DNA of 64,000 nt from an uncultured SAR86 cluster bacterium (GCA_902596665.1 CACJUN010000001.1:391935-455934), one strand, 5' to 3'. Counted from the stretch's first letter, positions 1 through 9,221 are shown. A program made the numbers and translations. The notes: generated by a model not told the origin, from the letters alone.

Positions 1-295
1 TGGAGATACATTTGGCATATCCATGGTCGAAGTAATACCACCGAATAGCGCAGCTAATGATTCTGTTTTGATTTCACCTTTTTTTTGTTAACCCTGGCTC
101 TCTAAAATGAACTTGATCGTCAATTACTCCGGGTGCAACATTCTTTCCATTAACATCAATTTCTTTGTTAGCTTTCTCGCTAATCGTGGAGGAAATTTTT
201 TCTATTCTTTTATCTTTAATAGCAATATCAACTTGTGAAATTGAATTTTCATTAATCAAGTTACAGTTTCTAAGGACTAGGTCAAAGTTAGGCAT
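1..295 (-). pseudogene. dihydroorotase-like cyclic amidohydrolase, N-terminal part running off the window edge; frame broken in a homopolymer
   Basis: ORF 74..295 ends [15 protein letters not shown]. The shifted frame continues through 1..85 as [26 protein letters not shown], which is the normal continuation of the DxHVHxREPG metal-binding segment of class I dihydroorotases/allantoinases. The break lies in the T8 run at 79..86. Confidence 0.7.
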
Positions 296-297
296 GG

Positions 298-522
298 TTA
301 AATTTTACGAACAATAATACATCCATAGTTTATCCCAGAACCTATCTCAAAAGTACAATCAATACCTTCAAGAACATCTTTTACTATATTTATCATCTTT
401 TGGCTGTTACCACAGATGATAAGAATGGGCATATTTTCTTGGTTAAGATATAAAAAATTTTCAACCTTTAAAGGAACCTCGTGATGACGAAACCCATGCA
501 GATCTAATTTTAGATTAGTCAT
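298..522 (-). CDS. small Smr-like domain protein (degenerate)
   Basis: 74-aa ORF with an N-terminal LDLHG motif typical of Smr domains. The downstream GKG-type motif is not conserved. It overlaps the upstream gene by 8 nt. Confidence 0.45.
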   Translation of the reverse strand: MTNLKLDLHGFRHHEVPLKVENFLYLNQENMPILIICGNSQKMINIVKDVLEGIDCTFEIGSGINYGCIIVRKI

Positions 523-1234
523 CTTTATTAAATATTGAAATTTCTATTCCGTCTGGCTGAGTCTTCGAATATTCTCTCATTGTTGATATAAATTTACTTT
601 CGAAAGTTGATGAATTTCTTACATACGATAAATAATCGTCCATATTGAATAAGATAACGTTATCGGCAAATATTACAGCCTTATCATTCAGTAATCCTCG
701 ACTTTGTATTGTTTTTAAATCAGATAAGTATTCATCTTTCCAATGATCTAAAAACACAAAATCATATTTTTCTTTTAACGATGGAATAACATCCTTAGCC
801 TTACCTTTCATAGGTTTCCATCGATTGCTGAGACCTGAGTGAGAAACGATTTTTTGAGATATTTCAAAATATTTATTACTAGCTTCTATAGAAGTTAACT
901 TCGAGTTTTCATGGAGATTTCTTAAAATTCTAATTGATGAATATCCCAAATAGACTCCCAGTTCTAAACAATTTGCTGGATTTTTTTCTTTAATTGCTTT
1001 TTCTAGCAAAAGGCCTTTTTCATCGCCAATGTTCATCAAAAAAGCTTTATTCCATGCGTAGTGATCTATCGTATCTAGAATACCTTGTGGGTTATTTTTA
1101 TTAGCACTTTTTAATGCAAGATTTTCAACGATATCAACCTTAAATTTCTTTACTCCCAAATAAGAAGCAATGTAATCAATGATTTCATTAATTATAATTA
1201 TGGCTAGGTCTAACAATCGATAAAAATTTTTCAT
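515..1234 (-). CDS. catechol O-methyltransferase-like class I SAM-dependent methyltransferase
   Basis: LELGVYLGYSS (SAM-binding motif I), FLDHWKDEYL and ADNVI blocks match the COMT (Methyltransf_3) pattern nearly residue for residue. Confidence 0.8.
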   Translation of the reverse strand: MKNFYRLLDLAIIIINEIIDYIASYLGVKKFKVDIVENLALKSANKNNPQGILDTIDHYAWNKAFLMNIGDEKGLLLEKAIKEKNPANCLELGVYLGYSSIRILRNLHENSKLTSIEASNKYFEISQKIVSHSGLSNRWKPMKGKAKDVIPSLKEKYDFVFLDHWKDEYLSDLKTIQSRGLLNDKAVIFADNVILFNMDDYLSYVRNSSTFESKFISTMREYSKTQPDGIEISIFNKDD

Positions 1235-1349
1235 TGAATAAAGAATTAATTAAAAATTATAGTTAGTGAGTCTATAATAGCCACCCTGTTGGTGTTTATG
1301 AAAAATAATATTTTATTGGTCCTTTTAAGTTTGTTTTTTTTCCTTTGGA

Positions 1350-3803
1350 TTGATGGCGGATGATTCAACCGATGATTCAACAAAAGAGGAAGCTAAAGAT
1401 GAGTCTAAAGAAGAGTCAAAAAAAGATGATCGAGAACTAATCTCAGAATTTGTTGAAGAATTTATTACCTATGAGGGCTTGTTAAAAAGCTATCAAGATC
1501 CAGAAAATGGAAATACTTACATAGAATTAAGTGATGAAGATATCTCAAAAGAATTTATTTATTTTGCTCATATTATTAATGGGACTGTAGAAGCAGGCCT
1601 TTTTAAAGGGAGTCATATAGATCAAGCAGTTATTAAATTCGAAAAACAATTTAATAGCTTAAATCTCGTTAGAGTGAACACGGAATATTATTTTGACCCT
1701 GATTCAGAACTCAGCAGGCAATCTCAATCTAACATAAGCGATTCGGTTATCGAAAATTTTGAAATTACTCACAAGAATGAGGATGAAAATACCTATCTTA
1801 TCGATATCACGAAATTATTGAAAAGTGATAATTTAACTAAGTTAAAATCTGAGCCAAGAGATTATGAGTCAGATAGTTTTGGTGTTGGATCTTTATCAAG
1901 ATCTAAAACCGCTATCTCCAAAATTTATAACTATCCGAATAATACTGATTTTGAAGTTGATTACGTTTTTTCAAATCCTGCAAGTTACGAATCATTAAGA
2001 AATACTTCGGTAAAATTAAGATATACATTTCTTGAAATGCCTCAAGATAATGGTTTTGAAATACGTTTTGAAGATCCAAGAATAGGTTATTTTACGGATA
2101 GAGTAACGGATTTAAGTTCAACAGAAATTACTCCTTATAGAGACTTGGTTCAGAAATGGAATCTTCAAAAACAAAACCCTGATGCTGCTAAATCAAAGCC
2201 AATCAAACCAATCAAATTTTGGTTAGAGAATACTACTCCTAATGAATTAAGACCTCTGATAAAAAATGCTGTACTTGCATGGAACATAGCTTTCGAAAAA
2301 GCTGGTTTTATTGATGCTATCGAAGTTGATGTTCAACCAGATGATGCTGACTGGGATGCAGGTGATATTAGATACAACGTATTGAGGTGGACTTCATCTC
2401 CCAACCCACCCTTTGGAGGTTATGGTCCTAGTTTTTCTAATCCTAGAACTGGAGAAATATTATCTGCGGATATTATGTTGGAATGGATTTTTCTAACCAA
2501 TAGAATGAGATACGAAGATATATTTCTTTCATCTGAAGTTTCTTCTGAAAGATGTAATTTTTCATCGTTGAGAAACGAACAAAGAATTTTTGGTAACTTA
2601 GTTGCTAATTCAATGAACTTCTCTCTTGAAGATACTAATAAATTATTTGAAGAAGAATTAACCATGTTAATACTTCATGAAGTTGGCCATACCCTTGGAC
2701 TTAATCATAATATGGGAGCAACGACTCTTCACAATAATAAAGATGTTCACAATCCAGAAATAACTTACAAAGAAGGATTATCTGCCTCAGTTATGGATTA
2801 TCATGCAATCAACATAGCTCCTCCAGGCGTAGAACAAGGACAATTCTCTGATATTAAACCTGGACTTTATGATCAATGGGCGATCGAGTTTGCCTATACT
2901 CCAAATCTATCCGAAAAAGAAATACAGAAAATATTAAATAGGTCTCAAGAAAAAGGTCATTTTTTTGGCAATGATGCTGATGATATGAGATCGCCTGGCA
3001 GAGGTATTGACCCAAGAGTAAACATAGGAGACATGAGTGATGATCCTGTTGAATATGCCATTGGAAGATATAAGCTTGTTCAGGAAATAATGCCAGACAT
3101 AGTCGAAAAAATTAAATCTAAATCAGACACTTGGGAATCTGTCTATCAATCTTATTTCGTATTAATGAGACAAATTATGACCAGCATGGATGTCGTTTCC
3201 AGGCAGATTGGGGGTGTCTATGTCACTCGTCATCCTTCGAATACACAATCAGCAAAAAAACCTTATGAAGCCGTTCCTTATAGAACCCAAAAAAAAGCTA
3301 TGGAAACGCTAAATAAATATGCTTTTAACAGCGAAGGGTTAAAGCCTCTTGAGTCCGTTGCAGCTTATATGCAACGAGAAAGAAGAGGATTTGATTTTTA
3401 TGATGAGAATGAAGATCCTAAATTTCATGATTACATTCTTTCAGGACATAAAAGAATTCTTAATCATTTAACTAATAAAGATGTATTGAGAAGAATTACG
3501 GATTCCTCTTTTTATGGAAATGACTATAACGTTTCAGAGATGATGAGTGACTTAACAAAAGGAATCTTTCCAAGAGAAAAAATGAAAGAAATAGATACCA
3601 TTACCCAGAATCTCCAAGCAACTTATGTTAGTAAACTTATATCCATCACTAATCTGAAAAAATATGATGAGGTTGCTCAATCTGCAGCATTTGGTGAGAT
3701 ATTAAAAATTCAAAAGCTGCTTAGAAGGCAATCGTCTAATGATGAGACTAAAAATCATAAAAAGAGACTTAGTCTCCAAATAGATAAAAAACTAAAAGCT
3801 TAA
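1350..3803 (+). CDS. secreted zinc metalloprotease (metzincin-like, DUF4953/DUF5117 type); the signal peptide is encoded in another frame upstream
   Basis: HEVGHTLGLNHN matches HExxHxxGxxH. The ORF as given starts at TTG and has no signal peptide. An ATG at 1298 encodes MKNNILLVLLSLFFF in the neighbouring frame, across the T8 run at 1334..1341. Confidence 0.8.
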   Translation: MMADDSTDDSTKEEAKDESKEESKKDDRELISEFVEEFITYEGLLKSYQDPENGNTYIELSDEDISKEFIYFAHIINGTVEAGLFKGSHIDQAVIKFEKQFNSLNLVRVNTEYYFDPDSELSRQSQSNISDSVIENFEITHKNEDENTYLIDITKLLKSDNLTKLKSEPRDYESDSFGVGSLSRSKTAISKIYNYPNNTDFEVDYVFSNPASYESLRNTSVKLRYTFLEMPQDNGFEIRFEDPRIGYFTDRVTDLSSTEITPYRDLVQKWNLQKQNPDAAKSKPIKPIKFWLENTTPNELRPLIKNAVLAWNIAFEKAGFIDAIEVDVQPDDADWDAGDIRYNVLRWTSSPNPPFGGYGPSFSNPRTGEILSADIMLEWIFLTNRMRYEDIFLSSEVSSERCNFSSLRNEQRIFGNLVANSMNFSLEDTNKLFEEELTMLILHEVGHTLGLNHNMGATTLHNNKDVHNPEITYKEGLSASVMDYHAINIAPPGVEQGQFSDIKPGLYDQWAIEFAYTPNLSEKEIQKILNRSQEKGHFFGNDADDMRSPGRGIDPRVNIGDMSDDPVEYAIGRYKLVQEIMPDIVEKIKSKSDTWESVYQSYFVLMRQIMTSMDVVSRQIGGVYVTRHPSNTQSAKKPYEAVPYRTQKKAMETLNKYAFNSEGLKPLESVAAYMQRERRGFDFYDENEDPKFHDYILSGHKRILNHLTNKDVLRRITDSSFYGNDYNVSEMMSDLTKGIFPREKMKEIDTITQNLQATYVSKLISITNLKKYDEVAQSAAFGEILKIQKLLRRQSSNDETKNHKKRLSLQIDKKLKA

Positions 3804-3805
3804 AC

Positions 3806-4837
3806 TTATAAACCCTTCAAAAACTTTTCGAAGTTTTCATTGACTGTGTCAGGTGCTTCTTGTTGCGTCCAATGGCCCACACCATCGATAAATTTAACTA
3901 TTCGTAAATCTTCATATAAGTCGCTTCTCTTCTCTAGCATTTCTTTTGCCATCGATTCAGCAGTTGGGCCATGAAATGCTCCTTTCCCAGCTCCATCTTC
4001 AATAGAATTTTTTAGAAAAAATGCAACTGGATCTAAAGTTCCAGAAATAAAACAAGAAGGTTGAGATATTTTTGCAGTTTCTAACTCAACTAATTCTTCA
4101 TAATCAATAGTTTGAGCACGATATCTATTGAGAGGGCCTCTCATTCCAGAGTTTTCAAATTCTTTTACAAAGAACATTAATTCTTCCTTGTTAATCCAAT
4201 CTGGGTAATCATCAAATGCAGGCAGACAATCCAAAAATTTTGAATTTACATTTTTTTGATATTTGGGATTATCAGCATTTTCAGCTAAGAAAGACATCCC
4301 TCTTCCGTCGCTTGAGAAATATGTAAGCTCTAGAGCATTTTTTAAATCCTTTTCAAATTCTTCTTCAGCAACGCCTTCTTCTTGAAAATATAGTTGATAG
4401 AAAAATTTCCCTTTGTACAGCATTTTCCATAAATCAATGGAAGACATTGGTCCTCTGCCTGTGTAGGGAACTGATAATGCGCCAACAGCAGAAATTTTAT
4501 CAGAGTAAAGAGCCGCAGTATTCCAGACTATTGGTGCTCCCCAGTCATGGCCAAATAGAATTGCATCAGAGTATCCAAGATCTTCTATTACTGAAATGAC
4601 ATCCGAAGTTAAATTTTTCATAGAATATTCAGCAATTTCGTAAGGCTTATCAGATTGGCCATATCCTCTTACATCGATTGCGGCAACTTTATAACCTAGC
4701 GATGCTAGAAAAGGTATTTGATGTCTCCAGCTATACCAACTTTCAGGCCATCCGTGAACCAAAACAATTAAAGGACCCTCACCTTCAATTGCTGCGCCGA
4801 TTTTTAATCCATTTCCATTAAGATGTTTATATTCCAT
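3806..4837 (-). CDS. alpha/beta hydrolase, epoxide hydrolase-like
   Basis: HGWPESWYSWRHQ (HGxP oxyanion motif) and GHDWGAPIVW (nucleophile Asp elbow). Confidence 0.8.
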   Translation of the reverse strand: MEYKHLNGNGLKIGAAIEGEGPLIVLVHGWPESWYSWRHQIPFLASLGYKVAAIDVRGYGQSDKPYEIAEYSMKNLTSDVISVIEDLGYSDAILFGHDWGAPIVWNTAALYSDKISAVGALSVPYTGRGPMSSIDLWKMLYKGKFFYQLYFQEEGVAEEEFEKDLKNALELTYFSSDGRGMSFLAENADNPKYQKNVNSKFLDCLPAFDDYPDWINKEELMFFVKEFENSGMRGPLNRYRAQTIDYEELVELETAKISQPSCFISGTLDPVAFFLKNSIEDGAGKGAFHGPTAESMAKEMLEKRSDLYEDLRIVKFIDGVGHWTQQEAPDTVNENFEKFLKGL

Positions 4838-4846
4838 ATGTATAAT
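4818..4846 (+). promoter_or_regulatory. candidate sigma70 promoter giving a leaderless transcript of the 4853 gene
   Basis: TTAAGA (4818..4823), a 17-nt spacer, TATAAT (4841..4846), then 6 nt to ATG at 4853. The whole divergent intergenic region is only 15 nt. Confidence 0.45.
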
Positions 4847-4852
4847 TAGATC

Positions 4853-5509
4853 ATGGAAAACCTAAAAGTAGCAATTATCCCTGTCACTCCTTTAATGCAA
4901 AATAGCTGTGTTATTTGGAATGAAAATACTAAAAATGCAGCGGTCACAGATCCAGGCGGTGATCTGGATAAAATAAATGATTTTTTATCCAAGAATAATT
5001 TGAACTTAGTAAAAATCTTTATTACTCATGGGCACTTAGATCATGCTGGAGGTGCTTTTAATTTATCTCAAGAACACGATGTAAAAATAGAAGGTCCTCA
5101 TCCTGATGATGAATTTTTAATTTCGGGTTTAGAAGATCAAGGCAAAATGTATGGTGTGCCTGGAACAAAAAATTTTCTGCCTGATAGGTGGTTGGATGAT
5201 GGGGATAAGATTGAATTAGATGGAATTTCTTTTGATGTATATCACTGTCCAGGTCATACTCCTGGCCACGTTGTATTCCACCAAGCTGATGCAAAAATTG
5301 CTATCGTTGGTGATGTATTATTTCAAGGTTCTATAGGACGAACTGATCTGCCAAGGGGAAATACTCAGAGCCTTATAGACTCTATTAGAAATAAACTTTG
5401 GAAGTTAGATGATGATACTACTTTTGTACCAGGACACGGTCCTTTATCAACATTTGGTCAAGAAAAGAAAACTAACCCTTATGTTGCTGATCAGTTATTC
5501 AAAGATTAG
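4853..5509 (+). CDS. MBL-fold hydrolase, glyoxalase II-like (YcbL/GloC type)
   Basis: THGHLDHAGG (HxHxDH) and a later CPGHTPGH motif; 218 aa. Confidence 0.8.
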   Translation: MENLKVAIIPVTPLMQNSCVIWNENTKNAAVTDPGGDLDKINDFLSKNNLNLVKIFITHGHLDHAGGAFNLSQEHDVKIEGPHPDDEFLISGLEDQGKMYGVPGTKNFLPDRWLDDGDKIELDGISFDVYHCPGHTPGHVVFHQADAKIAIVGDVLFQGSIGRTDLPRGNTQSLIDSIRNKLWKLDDDTTFVPGHGPLSTFGQEKKTNPYVADQLFKD

Positions 5510-6646
5510 TTACATCTCTTCATAAACAGCTTTTTCCATTACTTCTAGTAAACCTTTACATTTTTCATCGTAATGCGGTGATAATTGCATCATTATAGTA
5601 CCGGCAATTTTTGATTGTGGATCAATCCAAAAATAAGTATTAAAAATACCTGACCATGATAAAGATCCTTTTTTTCTTCTCTCGGGTATATCCTCTTCGT
5701 TAATCAAAAATCCGTATCCCCATTTTTTCTTTATCTCCGGAAACCATTCGTTGCCATGAATCAAAACAGGATTAAACGTAGGTTGATAGGAATAATTTAA
5801 ATCACCAATTTGATTTGTGGTCATAAGAGAAGTAAGTGAATCAGATAAAAGTGGATTTGTATCTGAAAGGAAAATTCTCATAAATTTACAATAGTCAGAT
5901 GGATTAGAAAGAATTCCACCGCCACCACTAAAAAATGACTGAACAGAATCATCAAAAAGACCGGTGGAATGAATAAAATTTCCATTATCCATAAGATGCA
6001 TTTCTGCCAATCTATCTTTTCCTAAAAAGTCAGGATCGAAAGAAGTATCATTCATTCCAAGAGGATCAAAGACAAATTCCCTACAAATCTCTTCTAAATT
6101 TTTATTTAATAATTTTTCTAAAATGATTCCAACCCAATCAAGACCGACCCCATATTCCCATCTAGAGTCAGGATGATATGAAAGTGGAACATTAATAAAT
6201 TTACCTTCTTTATCTGTGAGAGGAGCGATCTTTTCTTCTAAGATAAGGTGAGCAAGTAGAGGATCATGAAAATCATATGCAAATCCTGAAGTATGAGCTA
6301 GCAAATGATGAAGTGTGATGTCCTTATTAGCTTTTTCATAAATAACTTTTCCATCTTGAAGTTTTCCTACCTCTAAATCTTTTAGATCTGAATGAAAATT
6401 ATGAACAGGTTTATCTAAATCAATCAGTCCAAGTTCAACACACTTTAGTGCTGCAAAGGTAACAATAGGCTTTGTCATCGATGCAATTCTGTAAATAGTA
6501 CTGTTCGAAGGCGGTTTATCTTCTCCTTCGAGTTGATTGCCGTAGTGCTCATGTAATACTGTTTCGTGCTCATTGGTAACAGCGAATGAAGCAAAAGGTA
6601 TGTTTTCTTGATCTATTTTCTCTATTATTTTTTTTTGAATATTCAT
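5510..6646 (-). CDS. serine hydrolase (beta-lactamase/esterase family)
   Basis: SMTKP (SxxK) active-site motif. The start was moved to the ATG at 6646 (MNIQKK...) because the track's extension to 6685 reads through tRNA-Gly. Confidence 0.8.
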   Translation of the reverse strand: MNIQKKIIEKIDQENIPFASFAVTNEHETVLHEHYGNQLEGEDKPPSNSTIYRIASMTKPIVTFAALKCVELGLIDLDKPVHNFHSDLKDLEVGKLQDGKVIYEKANKDITLHHLLAHTSGFAYDFHDPLLAHLILEEKIAPLTDKEGKFINVPLSYHPDSRWEYGVGLDWVGIILEKLLNKNLEEICREFVFDPLGMNDTSFDPDFLGKDRLAEMHLMDNGNFIHSTGLFDDSVQSFFSGGGGILSNPSDYCKFMRIFLSDTNPLLSDSLTSLMTTNQIGDLNYSYQPTFNPVLIHGNEWFPEIKKKWGYGFLINEEDIPERRKKGSLSWSGIFNTYFWIDPQSKIAGTIMMQLSPHYDEKCKGLLEVMEKAVYEEM

Positions 6647-6655
6647 ATTATTCTG

Positions 6656-6730
<75 letters not shown>

Positions 6731-6828
6731 TTTTTATGAAATTTGATTATACACGTTCTATTTAAACTATAATTCAACTTCTCAAGAGTATGAAAAAAGG
6801 TTTTAATAAGGATTAAATGGAGTTAAAT

Positions 6829-7443
6829 ATGAAATATGTAATTAGTTTATTAATTGTTTTCTTAATATCCTGTTCTACATCAACATCAGATGAACCTAAT
6901 GTGTCTCATGATTCTGATGAGTGGCAAATTTGGGCCTACAGCAAGGCTGCACCTGATTTTATAGGTGAATTTGCAACAATTGTTGGAGGAGACGGAAAAG
7001 TGTTACGGGAAGGATCTAATGGATGGACCTGCACCGCTACGTTAGAAATGCCTGAAGGAGGTTTTGAAACTCCTCAACATGGAAATACCCTTTGTGCTGA
7101 TGAAGAAGGTTTTAAGTGGGCTGAAGCTTACATGACTGGTGGGAAACCTAACATGAAAAGAGATGCTTACATTTGGATGCTAAATGGTGATATGGGCGAG
7201 GATAATATGAATTCAAGCTTCTATGGAGGCGATCACGATAAAGCAAAAATGATGGGACACTTTATCGAGTCAGGGCCACACTTAATGTTGATGCCGAAAG
7301 ATACAAAAACTATAGAAAATTTCCCTACTGATTTCACAACAGGAGCGCCGTATCAGATGTTTAAAGGAACTCCTTATGCTCACTTAATGATCCCTGTAGA
7401 AGGTTATTATGAGTTTCAACCGGATTCTAATCCGCTAAACTAA
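6829..7443 (+). CDS. Met/His-rich lipoprotein of unknown function
   Basis: GGAG lies 6 nt before the ATG at 6829, and the lipobox is LIS|C. No family was recognised. Motifs include MMGHF, HLMLMP and HLMIP. Confidence 0.6.
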   Translation: MKYVISLLIVFLISCSTSTSDEPNVSHDSDEWQIWAYSKAAPDFIGEFATIVGGDGKVLREGSNGWTCTATLEMPEGGFETPQHGNTLCADEEGFKWAEAYMTGGKPNMKRDAYIWMLNGDMGEDNMNSSFYGGDHDKAKMMGHFIESGPHLMLMPKDTKTIENFPTDFTTGAPYQMFKGTPYAHLMIPVEGYYEFQPDSNPLN

Positions 7444-7453
7444 ATTAAAGTTT

Positions 7454-7487
7454 TAAAAAAAGGAGATTTTTTAATCTCCTTTTTTTA
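7454..7487. terminator. bidirectional rho-independent terminator
   Basis: AGGAGATT (7461..7468), loop TTTT, AATCTCCT (7473..7480), flanked by an A-run upstream and a T-run downstream; it lies between convergent genes. Confidence 0.8.
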
Positions 7488-8442
7488 TGCAATAAATAAA
7501 TTTAAAGTTCTTTCAATAAACCAATAACTGCTTATGCCTCCTATCGCAAAAGCAGATATTATTTTAAATTCATTTCGTAGATTCATTTTTGAAAAAAGAA
7601 AAATCAAAGAAAAAATTATTGGCAACAAACTCAGCTGGGCTAATTCAATGCCTACATTAAACAATAATAAAGTTTGAAATAAGCTTTGTCCTGAAAATCC
7701 AATTTCCATTAGAGCACCAGCAAATCCAAACCCATGAATTAATCCAAATCCAAATGGTATATGCCAAGGAATTTTTCTTAAATCTTTTTTTATCTAAAAT
7801 CTCATACGCTAGGTAAATTATTGTCAAAGCAATCACTGCTTCGGTTGCAGTTTGAGGTAATCTAACTAGGCCCAGAGAAGACAAGGCCAAAGTAATGCTA
7901 TGAGCAACCGTAAAGGATGTAATTGTTTTTATTAAATTAAACCAACCGCTAATTAGAAAAACCAAGCCAAATACAAATAAGATATGATCATACCCTCCCA
8001 ATAGATGTTCAAATCCCATAAATAAATATGAAAAGTTAGAGTATTCAACTTCATTTGGTATTACTAAGTCTGTATTTTCCGAAGTAATATAGTCTTGAAA
8101 GATTTCATCGTTAATAAATCTAATTGTTACCATCACATCTGTCATAAATGACATATTAGTGACGTTCAAAGTAGATCCTTTAAGAGGTTCTGCACAATTT
8201 AATTCAATTATTTCTAATAAATATTTTCCACTTCTTTTTGGAAATAAATCATCTTCAGAAGAGCAAAATTCAGGGAAATTTATTCTTGATTTAGAAGATT
8301 GATTTAAGGGAAATTTCCAGTTAACTAAATAGTCAGATTCGGAAATTTGAGTAATTTCAAGTTGTGCAGGTGTAAATTCATGAGAATTGACTTCAAAGGT
8401 AGCAAAAACCAACAAAAATAAATAAAAAATTAATTTACTCAA
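7485..8442 (-). pseudogene. HupE/UreJ-family membrane protein with an N-terminal periplasmic domain; split into two ORFs by a frameshift
   Basis: ORFs 7657..8442 and 7485..7709 overlap. Removing one base from the T7 run at 7785..7791 gives ...EILDKKDLRKIPWHIPFGFGLIHGFGFAGALMEIGFSGQ...FNVGIELAQL, the canonical HupE core. Confidence 0.75.
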
Positions 8443-9220
8443 AACTATATTTTTTGCTTAAAGATACGTCGTAAGATTTTATTAAATCCTCTGTATACTT
8501 TTTTAAGACTTCATCCTTTTTTACTAATAAATAAGTATCTAAAAGTTTATCTTTGATGAAATTAAATTCAGGTAAATAAGAATCTTCAATGTTAGATACA
8601 TTTACTATGTGCCACCCATAAATAGATTCAATTATGAGATCGTTTTTAAGAGTTGTTAGTTCATCCAATGAAGCAGCAAATTTATCTCCGAAATCTCTCT
8701 GTATTTGTCTTATGGTTTTATCTGAAAAATTTCTTCCTAATAAAAATGGATCGCTCTTTATATTTTTATCTTCCAGGTATTGTTTTACTTCCTTTAATGA
8801 GCGAGATTCTTTTGAGAAAAAGATATGGTTAAAACTTAACCTTTTAGGAATCCTAAATTCACCTTTATTCTCATCAAAAAATTTTTTTAACTCTTCATCA
8901 TTCGGGATTTTCACACCTTCTTCTTGTTTCAAAAAACCTAATTTTTGAACAAGTCTTCTTTTGACAATAATATCTCCTCTATCTAAATTTAGTTTCAAGG
9001 CTTCTCGATATAAAACTTCGTTTTGTATAAAGTTTTCTATAATGGTCTTTAGTTCTTCTTCACTTGGGGGTCTTTGCATTTGATCGTTCCAAGTAGCCAC
9101 CAGAAAATCAATGTCGTTATCGCTAACGTAAATCATATTTTCATTGTCATTGTTTAAAAACCAATCAAACAAGTACAGAAATAAAGCTATTGATAAAAAT
9201 ATTAGAATTTTTTTTGACAT
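8435..9220 (-). CDS. parvulin-type peptidyl-prolyl isomerase-like periplasmic protein
   Basis: N-terminal signal anchor and a C-terminal SIYGWHIVNV rotamase-like block. It overlaps the HupE-like gene by 8 nt. Confidence 0.6.
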   Translation of the reverse strand: MSKKILIFLSIALFLYLFDWFLNNDNENMIYVSDNDIDFLVATWNDQMQRPPSEEELKTIIENFIQNEVLYREALKLNLDRGDIIVKRRLVQKLGFLKQEEGVKIPNDEELKKFFDENKGEFRIPKRLSFNHIFFSKESRSLKEVKQYLEDKNIKSDPFLLGRNFSDKTIRQIQRDFGDKFAASLDELTTLKNDLIIESIYGWHIVNVSNIEDSYLPEFNFIKDKLLDTYLLVKKDEVLKKYTEDLIKSYDVSLSKKYSFE

Positions 9221-9221
9221 T

